64,000 nt of DNA, from positions 37,510,001 through 37,574,000 of the forward strand of contig NC_043014.1 of NCBI RefSeq assembly GCF_006345805.1. Direction: 5' to 3'. The position numbers and the translations under genes are program-made. The DNA is from Octopus sinensis. Lineage: Eukaryota. This document shows, piece by piece, positions 51,764-64,000 of this stretch. The notes under the pieces were generated by a model. It did no database searches and had not been told where the DNA came from. It worked only from the letters and a program-made list of their open reading frames with translations. Numbering within the stretch: the stretch's first letter is position 1; each line of letters begins with the position of its first letter.

Positions 51764-52180
51764 AATTATTGTATACAGTGCTCAGGTGCACCACAACTTG
51801 TCAGAAAGTGCATATAAAGTATATGCAGTAATGTACAAATGTCTGGAAAGCGAACAATGTATGAGTCAGATACATGCTTGTGTGTGTATGGCGGGGAGAA
51901 AATCAGGTGTAGTTTTGGTGAATCTCAGAAAGCTTGGAAGTTTTGAAGGATGCAGTGCTCCGACAACTAACAACTGATGCTGGCAGTTTGTTCCATACTT
52001 CAGCAACTCTTAGTGTGAAAAAATGTTTCCTAAAGTCATGGGAGCTGTGCTGTTTTCTGACTTTGTAAATATGTCCACGGGTGTTAGATGGGTGGAGTTT
52101 GAAAAGGTGCTCAGAGTTATTGTTTGTAAGATGGTTAATAATTTTATGGGTGTCTGCCAAGTCAGCTGCCAGACGTCAGA
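51725..52180 (-). mobile_element. CR1/L2-type LINE 3' end with (ATT)n tail
   Basis: NTRGHIYKVRKQ..RKHFFTLRVAEVWNKLPASVV, followed by an (ATT)n tail. Confidence 0.85.
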
Positions 52181-52371
52181 GTTTCAATGTGTCCATGCCC
52201 AGGGAATGCATGACTAATTCAAAACAATGTGAATAAACAAATGTTATATTTGACAGGGAAATCTGAATACTAAAGGGTCAAGATGTAGAACCCTCTGTGC
52301 TTAGTTTCTAATTATCTGTTTATTGTTTTCACTTAAATAACAGTATATTCTCTGCAAATTTTGTTTTCCAG

Positions 52372-52568
52372 TCACAATAAAGAAATGTATATTCACCATG
52401 AAGTGCAAGCGAAATTCAGCCGACCAGACTATAGTCCAAACAACTTTGCCAAAAGTGAACTAGTCCTAGCAAAACCAAATAAGGATCAACAGTCTACACA
52501 ATGTGCAGAGAAACCTGTTCTGTTAACACTCGCAGAAAGAAAGAAGCAACAATGGTTAAAAGAGAAAG
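52372..52568 (+). CDS. Exon of CCDC66/CSPP1-like gene (HNKEMY...LTLAERKKQQWLKEK)
   Basis: TTTGTTTTCCAG| ... AAG|GTATTG. 197 nt, phase 2 to 1, open frame continuing into the next exon. Confidence 0.8.
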
Positions 52569-52937
52569 GTATTGCTCTTTTTTACTGTGTGGCACCTTGG
52601 GCAAATGTCTCCTACTTACTACAGCCTTGGCCTACCAAAGCCTTGTGAGTGGATTTAGTAGACGGAAACTGAAAGAGGCCTGTCATGTATGTATGTGTGT
52701 ATGTATGTATCTCTCTCTCTCTTTTATCTCTCTTTTACTTGTTTCAGTCATTTGACTGCGGCCATGCTGGAGCACCACCTTTAGTCAAGCAAATCAACAC
52801 CGGGACTTATTCTTTGTAAGCCTAGTACTTATTCTATCAGTCACTTTTTGCCGAACCGCTAAGTGACGGGGACGTAAGCACACCAGCATTGGTTGTCAAG
52901 CAATGCTAGGGGAAAAAATACAGACACACAAACACAT

Positions 52938-52996
<59 letters not shown>

Positions 52997-55516
52997 CATA
53001 TATACGACAGGCTTCTCTCAGTTTCCGTCTACCAAATCCACTCACAAGGCATTGGTCGGCCCGGGGCTATAGCAGAAGACACTTGCCCAAGATGCCACGC
53101 AGTGGGACTGAACCCAGAACTATGTAGTTGGTTAGCAAGCTACTTACCACACAGCCACTCCTGCGCCTATGTCTGTATGTATGTATGTATGTTGTTGTCT
53201 TCCTCTTCTTCTTCCAATCAGGACTCACGCCATTAGCCACCTCTAATTTGAGCCTACTGTAAGTTACTAAGAATGTGTGTGGCAACTTGAAGATCCACCC
53301 ACCACACGCGATAGACTGGTGGTTGCATGGGTGCAAAAGCTACGTTGTTATCCTCATTCCATAAATGGTGGCTTTTAACGGGTGGAGAGCTGAACCATCC
53401 TGGGGTACAGAGGATTCGCAATCTAGATTAGGATCTGAAAATTTACCACACCACAGTGGGTTACACCATGGTTCCTCTGCTTTGTGACAGAAGTAGGAAG
53501 ATAGAGTGAGAGAAAGTTGTGGTGAAAGAGTACAGCGGGGTTCCTCCCCCACCCACCGCCGGAGCCTCATGGAGCTTAGGTGTTTTTGCTCAATAAACAC
53601 TCACAAAGCCCGGTCTGGGAATCGAAACCGCGTTCTTACGATCGCAAGTTCGCTGCCCTAACCACTGGGCCATTGTGCCTCTACTGTTGTTGTTGTTGCT
53701 GTTGCTGCTTGTTTGTTTGTTTTTTTGTTGAGCGAAGCGGTCTTCGTCCGTAGTGGGAGAAGTCCGATACGTGGTCCTTTGCTATTTGTAAGACCCGCAG
53801 AAGAGAAAGCAAGTCAACCCCCGACATCGAGAGCATCGACGGATGGATGAATGCGCATCCAGGCTCGGCGGCTACGAAGGAAATTGGGGGACCAGAAACT
53901 GGAAGAAAGGGTGCGAGAAAGTTGGAGCGAAAGAGTACAATAGGGGTCGCCACCAGCCCCTGCCGGAGCCTCGTGGAGCTTTTAGGTGTTTTCCCTCAAT
54001 AAACACACACTACGCCCGGTCTGGGAATCGAAACCATGATCCTCCGACTGCAAGTCCGCTGCCCTAACCACTGGGCCATTGTGCCTCCACTTCTGTTGCT
54101 GCTGCTGTTATTGTTGTTGTTCCTGTAGCAACAGGAGACATTTCCTAATGCTAAATGTGTAGCTCTGTGATAGGAGTGGAACTCATTGTCAGTCAGGCAG
54201 ACTGAAGAAAGTATAGTTATATGCCTTGCCCAAGTAAGCAACATGGCTGTTGCATCATGTATCAAGGGAACTCTGTTCGTCTTTGTTTGCTTGACTGATA
54301 GACAAATAGGAGATATAAGTGGAGCACATTGTATAACATGAAATTGTGAAAATACTCTTATTATTAAAAAAAAAACAATAAAAAAACCCCAAATGTTATT
54401 TTATTTTCATTACATATTTTAACACTCAGTTCATTATTTCGGTTGTTGCTTAGCCTAAGTTAGCCCCAATTCATCAGATAATTGGCATTGCAGCTGTTCT
54501 ATCCCACCTTGTGTTCAGACGTGGTATTTCTCAGGGACTACATAACCCAATGTCTCCTTCTCCTGGCAGAGACGTTAGCACGCCGGGCGAAATGCTTGGC
54601 AGTATTTCGTCTGTCGCTACGTTCTGAGTTCAAATTCCGCCGAGGTCGACTTTGCCTTTCATCCTTTCAGGGTCGATTAAATAAGTACCAGTTACGCACT
54701 GGGGTCGATATAATCGACTTAATCCGTTTGTCTGTCCTTGTTTGTCCCCTCTGTGTATAGCCCCTTGTGGGTAGTAAAGAAATAGGTATACTTCTCCTTT
54801 TCTTAAATGGGTAGAATGTGATCTGATTGGCAGCTATTTCTAATAGGCTGGGCAAGCATATAGTAGTTGTTGTGTTAACATAAATAAGTATCTGCACCTA
54901 ACAGTAACTTTTGTTATTCCTTACTGAACACATCAGGCATAAAATGATTTGTATTGTTATTTGCAGATAAGTCATAATGGGGGCATTTAACCCTTCAGCA
55001 TTTAAACAGGCCCCGTCTGGTCGAGAGGCGGTCACGACACGGAAACATGTATCTGGCCCATGTTATCATTATCCAAAGTGTCCTTCACTATTTTATGACA
55101 GTAAAGTAAAATTCAAGAGAGATTTCACTGCTACTTCTAGCAAGTCAAGTAACCACAAAGAGACTCCATCATTTCCATTGATATTTTCACAAAACCCACT
55201 GGTTGTGTTTTGGTGCTTATTGCAAGCTTCTGTTATATTGCTAGTATTGAAGTCTTGATGAAGCAGATCTACAATCAATGGCATTCCTACCATGACTATC
55301 CCATCTTTTTCTTAAGTTCAGGGAACCCAGTGCCACACTGTCCAATGTGTTCTTCTCTAACCTTTTAACATTAAAATTATTCTAATTTAATGCTTATTTG
55401 TTCTACCAATTATATGTTCAAACCAATCAGATCTGGCCTGTCATACCTACCATACAATGTTACTGTAAAAATAAATAACCAGATATTATAGTTTGCTTGA
55501 AGCATTGTATATGGAA

Positions 55517-56132
55517 TATAACATTGAAAGATTTAAAAGGCCAAACAATACAAATAGGTTTTAAGATGAGATAACGTAGACTAAATGTGAGTTACCTGGT
55601 AATCTTTGGTCATATATGTATCCAATATTTTGGGATATAGAAGTCCCTTCTTCAGGGTTAAAAAGGAACTGCCCTTGGAAAGGTGTTTTTTGTTGGAGAT
55701 AAAATAATTCTCTGATTACATTTGAATTTTCAAGCGTTTCTCTTCTTCATGAATGTTAGTGACGTCAGTTATTAACTTATCACTCCACAAATCAATTTTC
55801 ATCACCTCTTTTGTAATATGCATGCAATACATAACATGGCATAAATGCACAAGCACATTTGCTGCAAATTACAGAAGAGGTGATTAAAATTAACATTCAT
55901 GAAAAAGAGAAACACTTGAAAATTCAAATATAATCAGAGAATTATTTTATTTCCGACAAAAAACATCTTTCCAAGGATAGTTTCTTTTTAACCCTAAAGA
56001 AGGGACTTGTATGTCCCGAAATATTGGATACATATACAACCAAAGATTACCAGGTAATTTACTTTTAGTTTATGTTCCCTCATCTTAAAACCTATTTGCA
56101 TTGTTTGGCCTTTTAAATTTTTCAACATTATA
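55517..56132. mobile_element. Long fold-back element (about 250-bp inverted arms), each arm with a mutated hammerhead; Penelope-like relic
   Basis: 55517-55770 is the inverse of about 55900-56132. Hammerhead motifs at 55619-55660 (-) and 55989-56030 (+). Confidence 0.65.
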
Positions 56133-56284
56133 AATAAATAATCATATCTTCAAAATCTCAAAGCCACAAGATAATGCTTGATTCATTCAAAACAGTGTAA
56201 ATGAATAAATATTATGGTTGACTGATTAATATGAATGATAAAGGATTAAATATTTTGTTTTCTAATTTCTTAAATATTTTTCAG

Positions 56285-56391
56285 CTGAACAAATAACTCC
56301 ATATGACCCCTGGGGCAGACCTGGTGCCGGAGCTCCAAAAGTTAATCCAAAAGGTCAAATTATAACATCATACAAAAATACTACAGTCCAG
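56285..56391 (+). CDS. Exon of CCDC66/CSPP1-like gene carrying the YDPWGRPGAGAP motif
   Basis: TATTTTTTCAG| ... CAG|GTAAAT. 107 nt, phase 1 to 0. The PWGxxGxGAP motif is one I recall from CSPP1/CCDC66-family proteins. Confidence 0.82.
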
Positions 56392-56849
56392 GTAAATGAT
56401 ATTTGTTGTGACAATAATTAACGAGCTTTTCTGTTACAGGTACAAGGCCTAACATTTTGTGGGTAGGAAGTTAGTTAGTTATATCAACCCCATAGCTAAG
56501 ATGTGCAATCTCCTCCACCATGCTACTTCTAACACTACTACAATAGCCTCAGTACCTTGGATCTAGCCGATCTTGTATCATTGTCACACAGAAACACCCA
56601 ACTCAGGCTTCTTTCCTAATCTCATTACTCATGTTTTGTCCTTTCTCCAGGCCTCTGCATCAGTTACTTTATCTAACCTTTCCTCCTCAAAATGTAACTC
56701 CTTTGGAATTTTCTTCCAGTTTATTATTTGCTTGAACACTCAACATCTGATAAGAATTGTAGTAGTGTGATCATGACATATTGTACACTAATCTTTTCCA
56801 TTTGTTGTCCAACACTGTCCATTTCTTTTTCCCCAGCACCATCTGAGCA

Positions 56850-57270
56850 TGATCATTGCCAGAGCAGCTAACTGGCTTCCGTGCTGGTGGCACATAAAAA
56901 GCACCATTCGAGTGTGATTGCTACCAGCGTTGCCTTATGGGCACTTGTACCGGTGGCACGTGAAAAAACATTTCAGTGAGGTCATTGCCAGTGCCGCTGG
57001 ACTGGCTTCTGTGCAGGTGGCACATAAAAAACACCATTTGAGCATGGCCGTTGCCAGTACCGCCTGACTGGCCCTCGTGCCAGTGGCACATAAAAGCACC
57101 CGCTCTCAAAGTGGTTGGCGTTAGGAAAGGCATCCAGCTGTAGAAACTCTGCCAGATCAAGATTGGAGCCTCGTGCAGCCATCTGGTTCGCCAGTCCTCA
57201 GTCAAATCGTCCAACCCATGCTAGCATGGAAAGTGGACGTTAAACGACAATGACGATGATGATGATGATG
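56850..57270 (+). mobile_element. RTE-tail repeat ending in (GAT)n, with internal GTGGCAC(A/G)TAAAAA repeats
   Basis: Same tail at about 7880-8300(+), 42170-42450(+), 35045-35270(-), 14440-14565(-) and 6630-6800(-). Confidence 0.75.
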
Positions 57271-57559
57271 TTTGCATTTCCTTCTATCCTCTGTCACAGT
57301 TTTCTTGAAGAATGGTCTTTACAAAGCCACTGGGTCTTTTTACATGGACATAGCATTTCATCGTCCTTTTCCTCACTATGTTTTTCTTGCAATCATCAGT
57401 TTATACTTACTCAAGAAGAAAATGATAACATTAATCTTATTGGTATTGAAAAGCCTGCAGAAACCATGGGTAGAGCTCTTTCTTCCAGACTCTACTATTA
57501 AAAAGAATATAACACAGATATGTAAGTTCAGATCTATTACAAGTGTGCCTGTAATAGTT

Positions 57560-57850
57560 GAGTTAAGTTAAGTTAATTTTTTGGCTCAAAAAGCAAAAAG
57601 CAAGGCCATATAGGGGGACATGGAGTTATGTACAGGGTGGTGTTCATGCAAAGAGTTCAGGCCATTTGTGGTCAAGGGAGACTTTGAACTGAGCGGTTGT
57701 CGGCATCTTCACTATCTCGTCCAGCAGCTTATTCCACAGATCCGCAACCAGGACGGAGAAAGCCCCTCTCCTTCGAACTTACTGACCAGAGAGTTGTACC
57801 TCTATATCTTATCTCCTTGATATAATTTCCACCATTGCAATGCAGTGGTA
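57560..57850 (-). mobile_element. CR1-type LINE 3' end
   Basis: RRRGAFSVLVADLWNKLLDEIVKMPTTAQFKVSLDHKW and (TTAAC)n tail. Confidence 0.75.
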
Positions 57851-58425
57851 AAAAATAGCAATGTCTCCTCAGCACCATGGGGTTGCTAAGTGCTGGTGCT
57901 TAATTCCATTTCAAGATGTTGAGTAGTTGAGAAGTAAACCTAGCTCTGAACAGAACACCAGTCAGCCTCAGAGGATCTGATACTAATTTCTCTGAATTAA
58001 ATGAAATGTGAACTGAGGTACATAGAATTTAAGAGGAGTAAAATTGAGGCCAGTAACTTTGAGTGAAGCCACGTGGCTCAGTGGTTAGGGATTTAGGCTC
58101 ATGATTGCAAGGTCTTGAGTTCAATTCCTGGTGGCATGTTGTATCCTTGAGCAAGACACTCTATTTCATGTTATTCCAGTCTACTCATCAACAAATTGAT
58201 ACGTTGTACCTGTAATTCAAAGGGCCAGCCTTGTCACACTCTGTGTCAAGCTGAATCTTCCTGAGAACTATGTTATGGGTACATGCGTGTCTGCGGAGTG
58301 CTCAGCCATCCGCGTGTTAATTTCACAAGCAGGCTGTTCCATTGACCAAATCAACTGGAACCCAATGCAGTGCCAGTGTAAGAAAAGTGGTAACTTTAAG
58401 TTTTGTGCTTTTGTGATACAAATAC

Positions 58426-58774
58426 TGGATCTTTTCGGTTTGAACGGCAATTTTTTCTAGCGGTGTCATATGAAATTGTCACCCATAATTATGACCCTAG
58501 TATCGATCTATTGTATTTCAATATACTTTTAAACGAGGGACATATTCATACGGCACAGAATGTTTTCACCTCAAATAGATGTCATTGATTGGTTGAAATT
58601 GCAGAAATTGAAGAAAAAAAAAACAACAAATATCTTACAAACTATAGAATTTTCTCAATAAAGCCAAGAGAAAAAGATGTTTTATAAACACATTCTACCA
58701 GTATACGAAGTTTAAAAGTTTTTAGTTACATGGAAATTATTTTAAAATACTGCCGTTCAAACTGAAAAGATCCC
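58426..58774. mobile_element. MITE, GGGATC-TIR family (internal deletion)
   Basis: TIRs present. Flanks AAATAC/AAATAT. Confidence 0.8.
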
Positions 58775-60185
58775 AAATATCCCTTAGGTTGCTTCATTTA
58801 TTTATCTGTCAGACTTCAATTTTCTGTGTCTGATTTATAGCATTTTTTTTTATCTGTTATCTTTTACTGCTTGCAATCATTAGACTGCAGCCATGCTGGG
58901 GCACGCCTTGAAGAATCTTTAGTCAGATGTATTGACCCCAGCATTTATTTTTTTAAAGCCTGGTACTTATTCTATTGATCTCTTTTGCTGAACTGCTAAG
59001 TTACAAGGACGTAAACCTACCAGTACCGGTTGTCAAGTGGCAGGTAGAGGAGGGGAGAAGGACAAACACAGACAAAACGGCGCACACACACACACACACA
59101 CACGTAAACACACACACACACATGCACACACGAGAGGCTTCTTTCAGTTTCTGTTTATCAAATTCATTCAAAACTCTTTAGTTGACATGAGGCTATAGTA
59201 GAAGACACTTGCCCAAAGTACTACACACTGGTACTGAACTCTGAATCACGTGGTTGGGAATCAAGCTTCTTATCACACTGCCGTACCTATTTGATGGTAT
59301 AAATGATGTACAAGCATATTAGATGTACTACAATTTCTGCAGTGCATATTTGAGAAAAAATTTTTTAGTGCATATGGGGGAAAAAAATTGGTTTATGGGA
59401 AGAACCAAATTTGCATATAGGACCCAGGGTGAATTTTTGAGACATTGTTTTTGAAAAAAATATGCGTCTCTTATACTCCATCAAATATGGTACTATGAAA
59501 AGATGGTCTATGATCTGATAGTAGACAACTATATATCAATATAGTATGTATTTCAGTAAGACTTGAAGGAATGATACATTTGTACTCAAATCCTGATAAA
59601 AAATTAAAAAAAAACTTCTGTGGAAGATGACGATCATTCTGTGGGGATGAGGAGATATTTCTGTCATGTGATTGTTACTATGGAGACTATAATAAGCTTC
59701 TATTTTGTTTTCCAATTTGAAATTTCCTGTTTGAAATTAGGGTGGTGAGCCTGACAGAATCATTAGCACACTGGTCAAAATGCTTGGTGGCATTTTGTCT
59801 TGCAATGTTCTGAGTTCAAATTCTGTCATGGTTGACCTTAGCTTTCAACTTCTTGTGATTGATAACATAAAGGCTGGTTGAACACCGAGGTCAATTTTTT
59901 ATTGACTTACCCACTCCCCCTAGAATTGCTGGCCTTGTGCCAAAATTTGAAATCAATATTCAGACAGAAATGAAAACTGTCTAAAAGTTTCAGCTAGGTT
60001 GTTGTTAATAAGACTATAATTTTGTGGGTCTCTTATTTACTTCTAGATCACATTTTGATTGGAGATCGGACTAATGAAAATGTGGTGCTGATGTAAATGT
60101 TGGGAAAAAAGAGACTTCTACTTTTAGGAAATGGAAAAGTTCTAACTAAGCACATATTCACTCATATTCCTCTCCAATTCCACAG

Positions 60186-60428
60186 AGTAATGAACTTGAA
60201 GATAACCTAAATCGAAGAGAGATGACATCTGAGAAAAATGGTCAACAAGCAGGCTTTGATGAGAAAATAACTGGAGAAAGAAGTGAAGCTACTACTACTG
60301 CCACCACCACCACTACCACTGCTACTAACAATGAAGGGGTTGCATCTAATCCTGGTGATACTTATAACAGAAGGAAAATGTCACAGCAGCCTTTACTTGC
60401 TGCCATGAGAGATAGTTTGTTTATTGGA
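60186..60428 (+). CDS. Exon of CCDC66/CSPP1-like gene (SNELEDN...LLAAMRDSLFIG); the gene probably continues beyond the window
   Basis: TCCTCTCCAATTCCACAG| ... GGA|GTAAGT. 243 nt = 81 codons, phase 0 to 0, with a poly-Thr tract. Confidence 0.8.
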
Positions 60429-60500
60429 GTAAGTAATGTATTTTCTTGTATCAATAACTGCCTGATTGGGGTAGAGAATTTGGTAAGAATGGAATACTTA

Positions 60501-61131
60501 AAAGGTGGCGAGCTGGCAGAAACATTAGCACGCTGGGTGAAATGCCCAGCCGTATTTTGTCTGCCGTTACATTCTGAGTTCAAATTCCACCGAGGTCAAC
60601 TTTACCTTTCATCCTTTCGGGGTCAATAAATTAAGTACCAGTTTCACACTGGGGTCGATGTATTCGACTTAATCCGTTTGTCTGTCCTTGTTTGTCCCCT
60701 CTAGTTTAGCCCCTTGTGGGCAATAAAAAAATAAAAACGTTAGCATACGGGCAAAATGCTTAGCGGTATTTCGTCTGCGCTACGTTTGAGTTCAAATTCC
60801 ACCGAGTCGACTTTACCTTTCATCCTTTCAGGTCAATAAATTAGTACCATTTTGCACTGGGGTGATGTAATCGACTTAATCCCTTTCTATCCTTGTGTCC
60901 CCTCTGTGTTAGCCCCTTGTGGGCAATAAAAATAAGAAACATTAGCATACTGGGCAAAATGCTTAGCTTTTCATCTGCATGAGTTCAATTCCGCTGAGGT
61001 CAACTTTGCCTTCTCCTTTCAGGGTCGATAAATTAAGTACCATTGCACTGGGGTTGATGTATTCGACTTAATCCCTTTGTCTATCCTTGTTTGTCCCCTC
61101 TGTGTTTAGCCCCTTGTGGGCAATAAAAAAA
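60501..61131 (+). mobile_element. Tandem trimer of family B SINE inside one 17-bp TSD
   Basis: TAAGAATGGAATACTTA at 60484-60500 and 61132-61148. Confidence 0.85.
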
Positions 61132-61684
61132 TAAGAATGGAATACTTAGGCTGGTACAATTGATTAGGCTTGAGAACTCATAGACTAAACAGCTTGATTA
61201 AACTGTAGAACTGGGAATGGAGTACTTAGGCTGGTGTACATAGTTAGGCTAGAACTTAAACTAGACAGCTTGGGGAGACTAGAGTGCTCGATTAGATTAG
61301 AGATCCTTGTTAAACTTAGACTGGAGAACTTGATTAGGCTGAAAAATTTGGCTACACTGACAAGGTGCAGTCTTAAAGTCCTGCAATTAAATCTTAACAG
61401 CGTTGACTTTCAACGTTTTAAGGGTTTATTTTTGTTTTGTTTTGATTTTTCTACTTCACCCATTTTAAATCTAACATTGAATGTATATTTTAGTTTATGT
61501 ATCTCTAAAATATAACTAGAGAAGTTGTGTGTTTATCATAGCTTATTTGTCCGCACATACAATTTCCCAGCAATGTATATAGCTTGCCATTTATAGCTGA
61601 AAAGAAGGTTGGTGAATAACGGGATGCTGAACTATATACTGAAAGGTCAAAATATAGTAGATGGAAACTGTATAGAAGTATGTC

Positions 61685-61724
<40 letters not shown>

Positions 61725-61789
61725 CAAATAAGAAAATAGAGAAGCACATTAGTTGGTTCATTAGCTTTAGGATATTAGAATGTTATCAA

Positions 61790-62082
61790 AACGACAATCA
61801 TAATAACATACATACATATAGTGTATTATTCAATGCATATAAGATTAGAATACAAGCAGTTAATAAAAAACATGAATATGAATTGACCTCGTGTGTACCG
61901 TTGGCAATTTTTTTCCCTCTGTTTTCCCTTCTCTGGATCTTTCCTTCTCCTATGTTTCCGACGAAGAGCTCCGCTCGAAACGTTAAACCCTCCTTCTTTC
62001 CTTCTTTCCTGAGCATCCAATAATACTATATTTGTTCCACGTCCTCGCGTTGTTGTGTTTTTTTGTGCTTTCTTGTTTGGAT

Positions 62083-62088
<6 letters not shown>
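61790..62088 (+). mobile_element. Penelope-like 3' end / pLTR-type relic ending at (TA)n
   Basis: Hammerhead motif followed by a pyrimidine-rich tail of about 100 nt and (TA)n. The tail shares CCTGAGC...TAATAC...ATTTGTT with 63700-63978. Confidence 0.5.
61954..61988 (+). ncRNA. Minimal type I hammerhead-like motif with CCGACGA core
   Basis: GTTT-CCGACGA-A-GAGC(TCC)GCTC-GAAA-CGTT|AAAC. Stem I GTTT/AAAC and palindromic ACGT stem III. Confidence 0.62.
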
Positions 62089-62139
<51 letters not shown>

Positions 62140-62168
62140 TATATGTATGTATGTATATATACATATAT

Positions 62169-62205
<37 letters not shown>

Positions 62206-62370
62206 CAAGAACAACATGCCAAAGAGAACTCAGTATATCTTTCTTTACACCAAGCACCTGAAGTGACATATCCTGCACTGATTGATGCAACACAACTAGA
62301 TGCACAATATCCTACCCCTAAGGGACACCTGCAGGATGGGTTGAAATTATCATTGTGCTGAATAAAGATT

Positions 62371-62535
<165 letters not shown>

Positions 62536-62640
62536 AATTAGGGAATATCAATTCCAGTGCCACAGGAATGAGACATTCAAATTTAAAAAAATGAATTACT
62601 CTCAATAATTAATTCATATATATCAAAATATTGTTTGAGC

Positions 62641-62887
62641 TAGAAACACCCACAACTTCATCAACTCCAAATGATATTTACACAACCAAGCCATAAAATG
62701 TTAAATAATATACTTACTATTTATATTCATGATCCCAATACCATACGAACCCTCATGAAACATGTGTAGTCCGTAATATGAAAACTTGGGATTTTGAATA
62801 TAAATAGTAAGTTTATTGTTTAATATTTTATTTATGGCTTGGTTGAGTTAGTATCGTTTAGAGTTGATGAAGTTGTGGGTGCTTCTA
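62641..62887. repeat. Imperfect inverted repeat (about 100-bp arms) next to (TA)n
   Basis: 62641-62738 vs 62786-62887. Confidence 0.75.
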
Positions 62888-62892
62888 TCTCT

Positions 62893-62931
<39 letters not shown>

Positions 62932-63699
62932 GTTGCTAAAAAGCTTTCGTGAAGTAAAACCAAGTAGCAACACCAAATGGCGGTGCCCCAGCATGGCCAC
63001 AGCTCATGAGCTGAAACTAGAATCAATCAATCAATCAATCAATCAATCAGTACAAAGTAAGATAGGGGTTATGGGTGTAACCCACTATGGGATAGCATTT
63101 ATCCAATATATTGTTGATGAATAAATAATCCAACATTATAATACGATTCCAATATTTATGATGGACAGATGTAAAGTCAAGTAAAATGACTTGACTTGAT
63201 TTTTATTTTTCCATATATTATTTTTCAAACCCAACGTATAAATGAGAACAACTTAAGCCAAGGTATGCCTATATATATATAATATATATAAATTAGAGAA
63301 AAACCACTATTATGCAAATCAAACAATGATAGACATAAACCAAATCATAAATAAAAAATAAAATATATTTTAAAACATATAACTAGATCACAAAAAGTAC
63401 AAAAATGAAATTTGATTTAATACTAAATTAAATTTTTCCCTGTAAGTTTGGAGTTATACTCCCTAATATTATATATTAGGGAGTATAACTCCCCCACCTC
63501 CCCACAACATCACACCACACTACACTACACCATACAACATTACACATCACATCACAACACACCATTCACACACCCACACACCCATCCCCACATCTCCACA
63601 CCCACACATACATACACACACACATCCAGACCACCAGCCCTCTTTCACACGCACATACATTCTCTCTCTTATACACACACGCACCTTTGTGTTGGGGGC

Positions 63700-63978
63700 A
63701 CCTTTGTTTTGGAAGTCACTTGACCCTGTTATCTCCCCTACTGTCCTTCTCGCGTCTGACCACTGTCCGAAGTCAGGACGCCATGATAGATCGTTAGCTC
63801 CTACATGCATTTTTTTTTCTCTCCTTGTTTTTTTCTGTGTATCTTTCTGTCGAAGAGCGTAGGCTCGACACGTAAAAGACTTTTTCTATTTCTATTCCTG
63901 AGCGCTATACTAATACATTTGTTTGTTTGTACTCCACCTGCCTTCATCTTTTGTTTATTTTCGTAAACTTTCCCGTTA
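63700..63978 (+). mobile_element. Penelope-like 3' end / pLTR-type relic ending at (TA)n
   Basis: Same architecture as 61790-62088. Confidence 0.5.
63842..63879 (+). ncRNA. Degenerate minimal hammerhead motif
   Basis: TCTTT-CTGTCGA-A-GAGC(GTAG)GCTC-GACA-CGTA|AAAGA. All three stems are present, with two core deviations. Confidence 0.5.
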
Positions 63979-64000
63979 TATATATATATATATATATATA

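Noticed and set aside
62234-62361. Possible further CCDC66-like exon
   Set aside because: The acceptor phase is incompatible with the 60428 donor (immediate stop), and the segment ends in AATAAA + (TA)n like a retroelement tail.

Overview
AT-rich, repeat-dense animal genomic DNA. The SINE families, (TA)n load and TTAGGG repeats point to an octopod cephalopod (inference). Two protein-coding loci are supported. The first is a glomulin (GLMN) orthologue whose whole CDS is one exon (minus strand, 542-2467). The second is the 5' part of a multi-exon CCDC66/CSPP1-like ciliary/centrosomal gene on the plus strand (candidate exons 37377-60428), with an RFX X-box plus CCAAT promoter candidate near 33.2 kb. 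Two near-identical tRNA-Leu(TAG) genes lie divergently at 27.6 and 32.3 kb. The rest is tRNA-derived SINEs, RTE/CR1/R4-type LINE relics, decayed mariners, hAT-type and TTAA MITEs, two Helitron copies, minisatellites and microsatellites. The most notable unexplained structure is a set of short (TA)n-associated elements, often fold-back, that carry type I hammerhead ribozyme motifs. One has an intact canonical core on the sense strand of a CCDC66-like intron (46637-46700). A CCGACGA (U4C) core variant recurs in two unrelated families. Repeat coordinates were read by eye and are approximate, and no database searches or folding programs were run.
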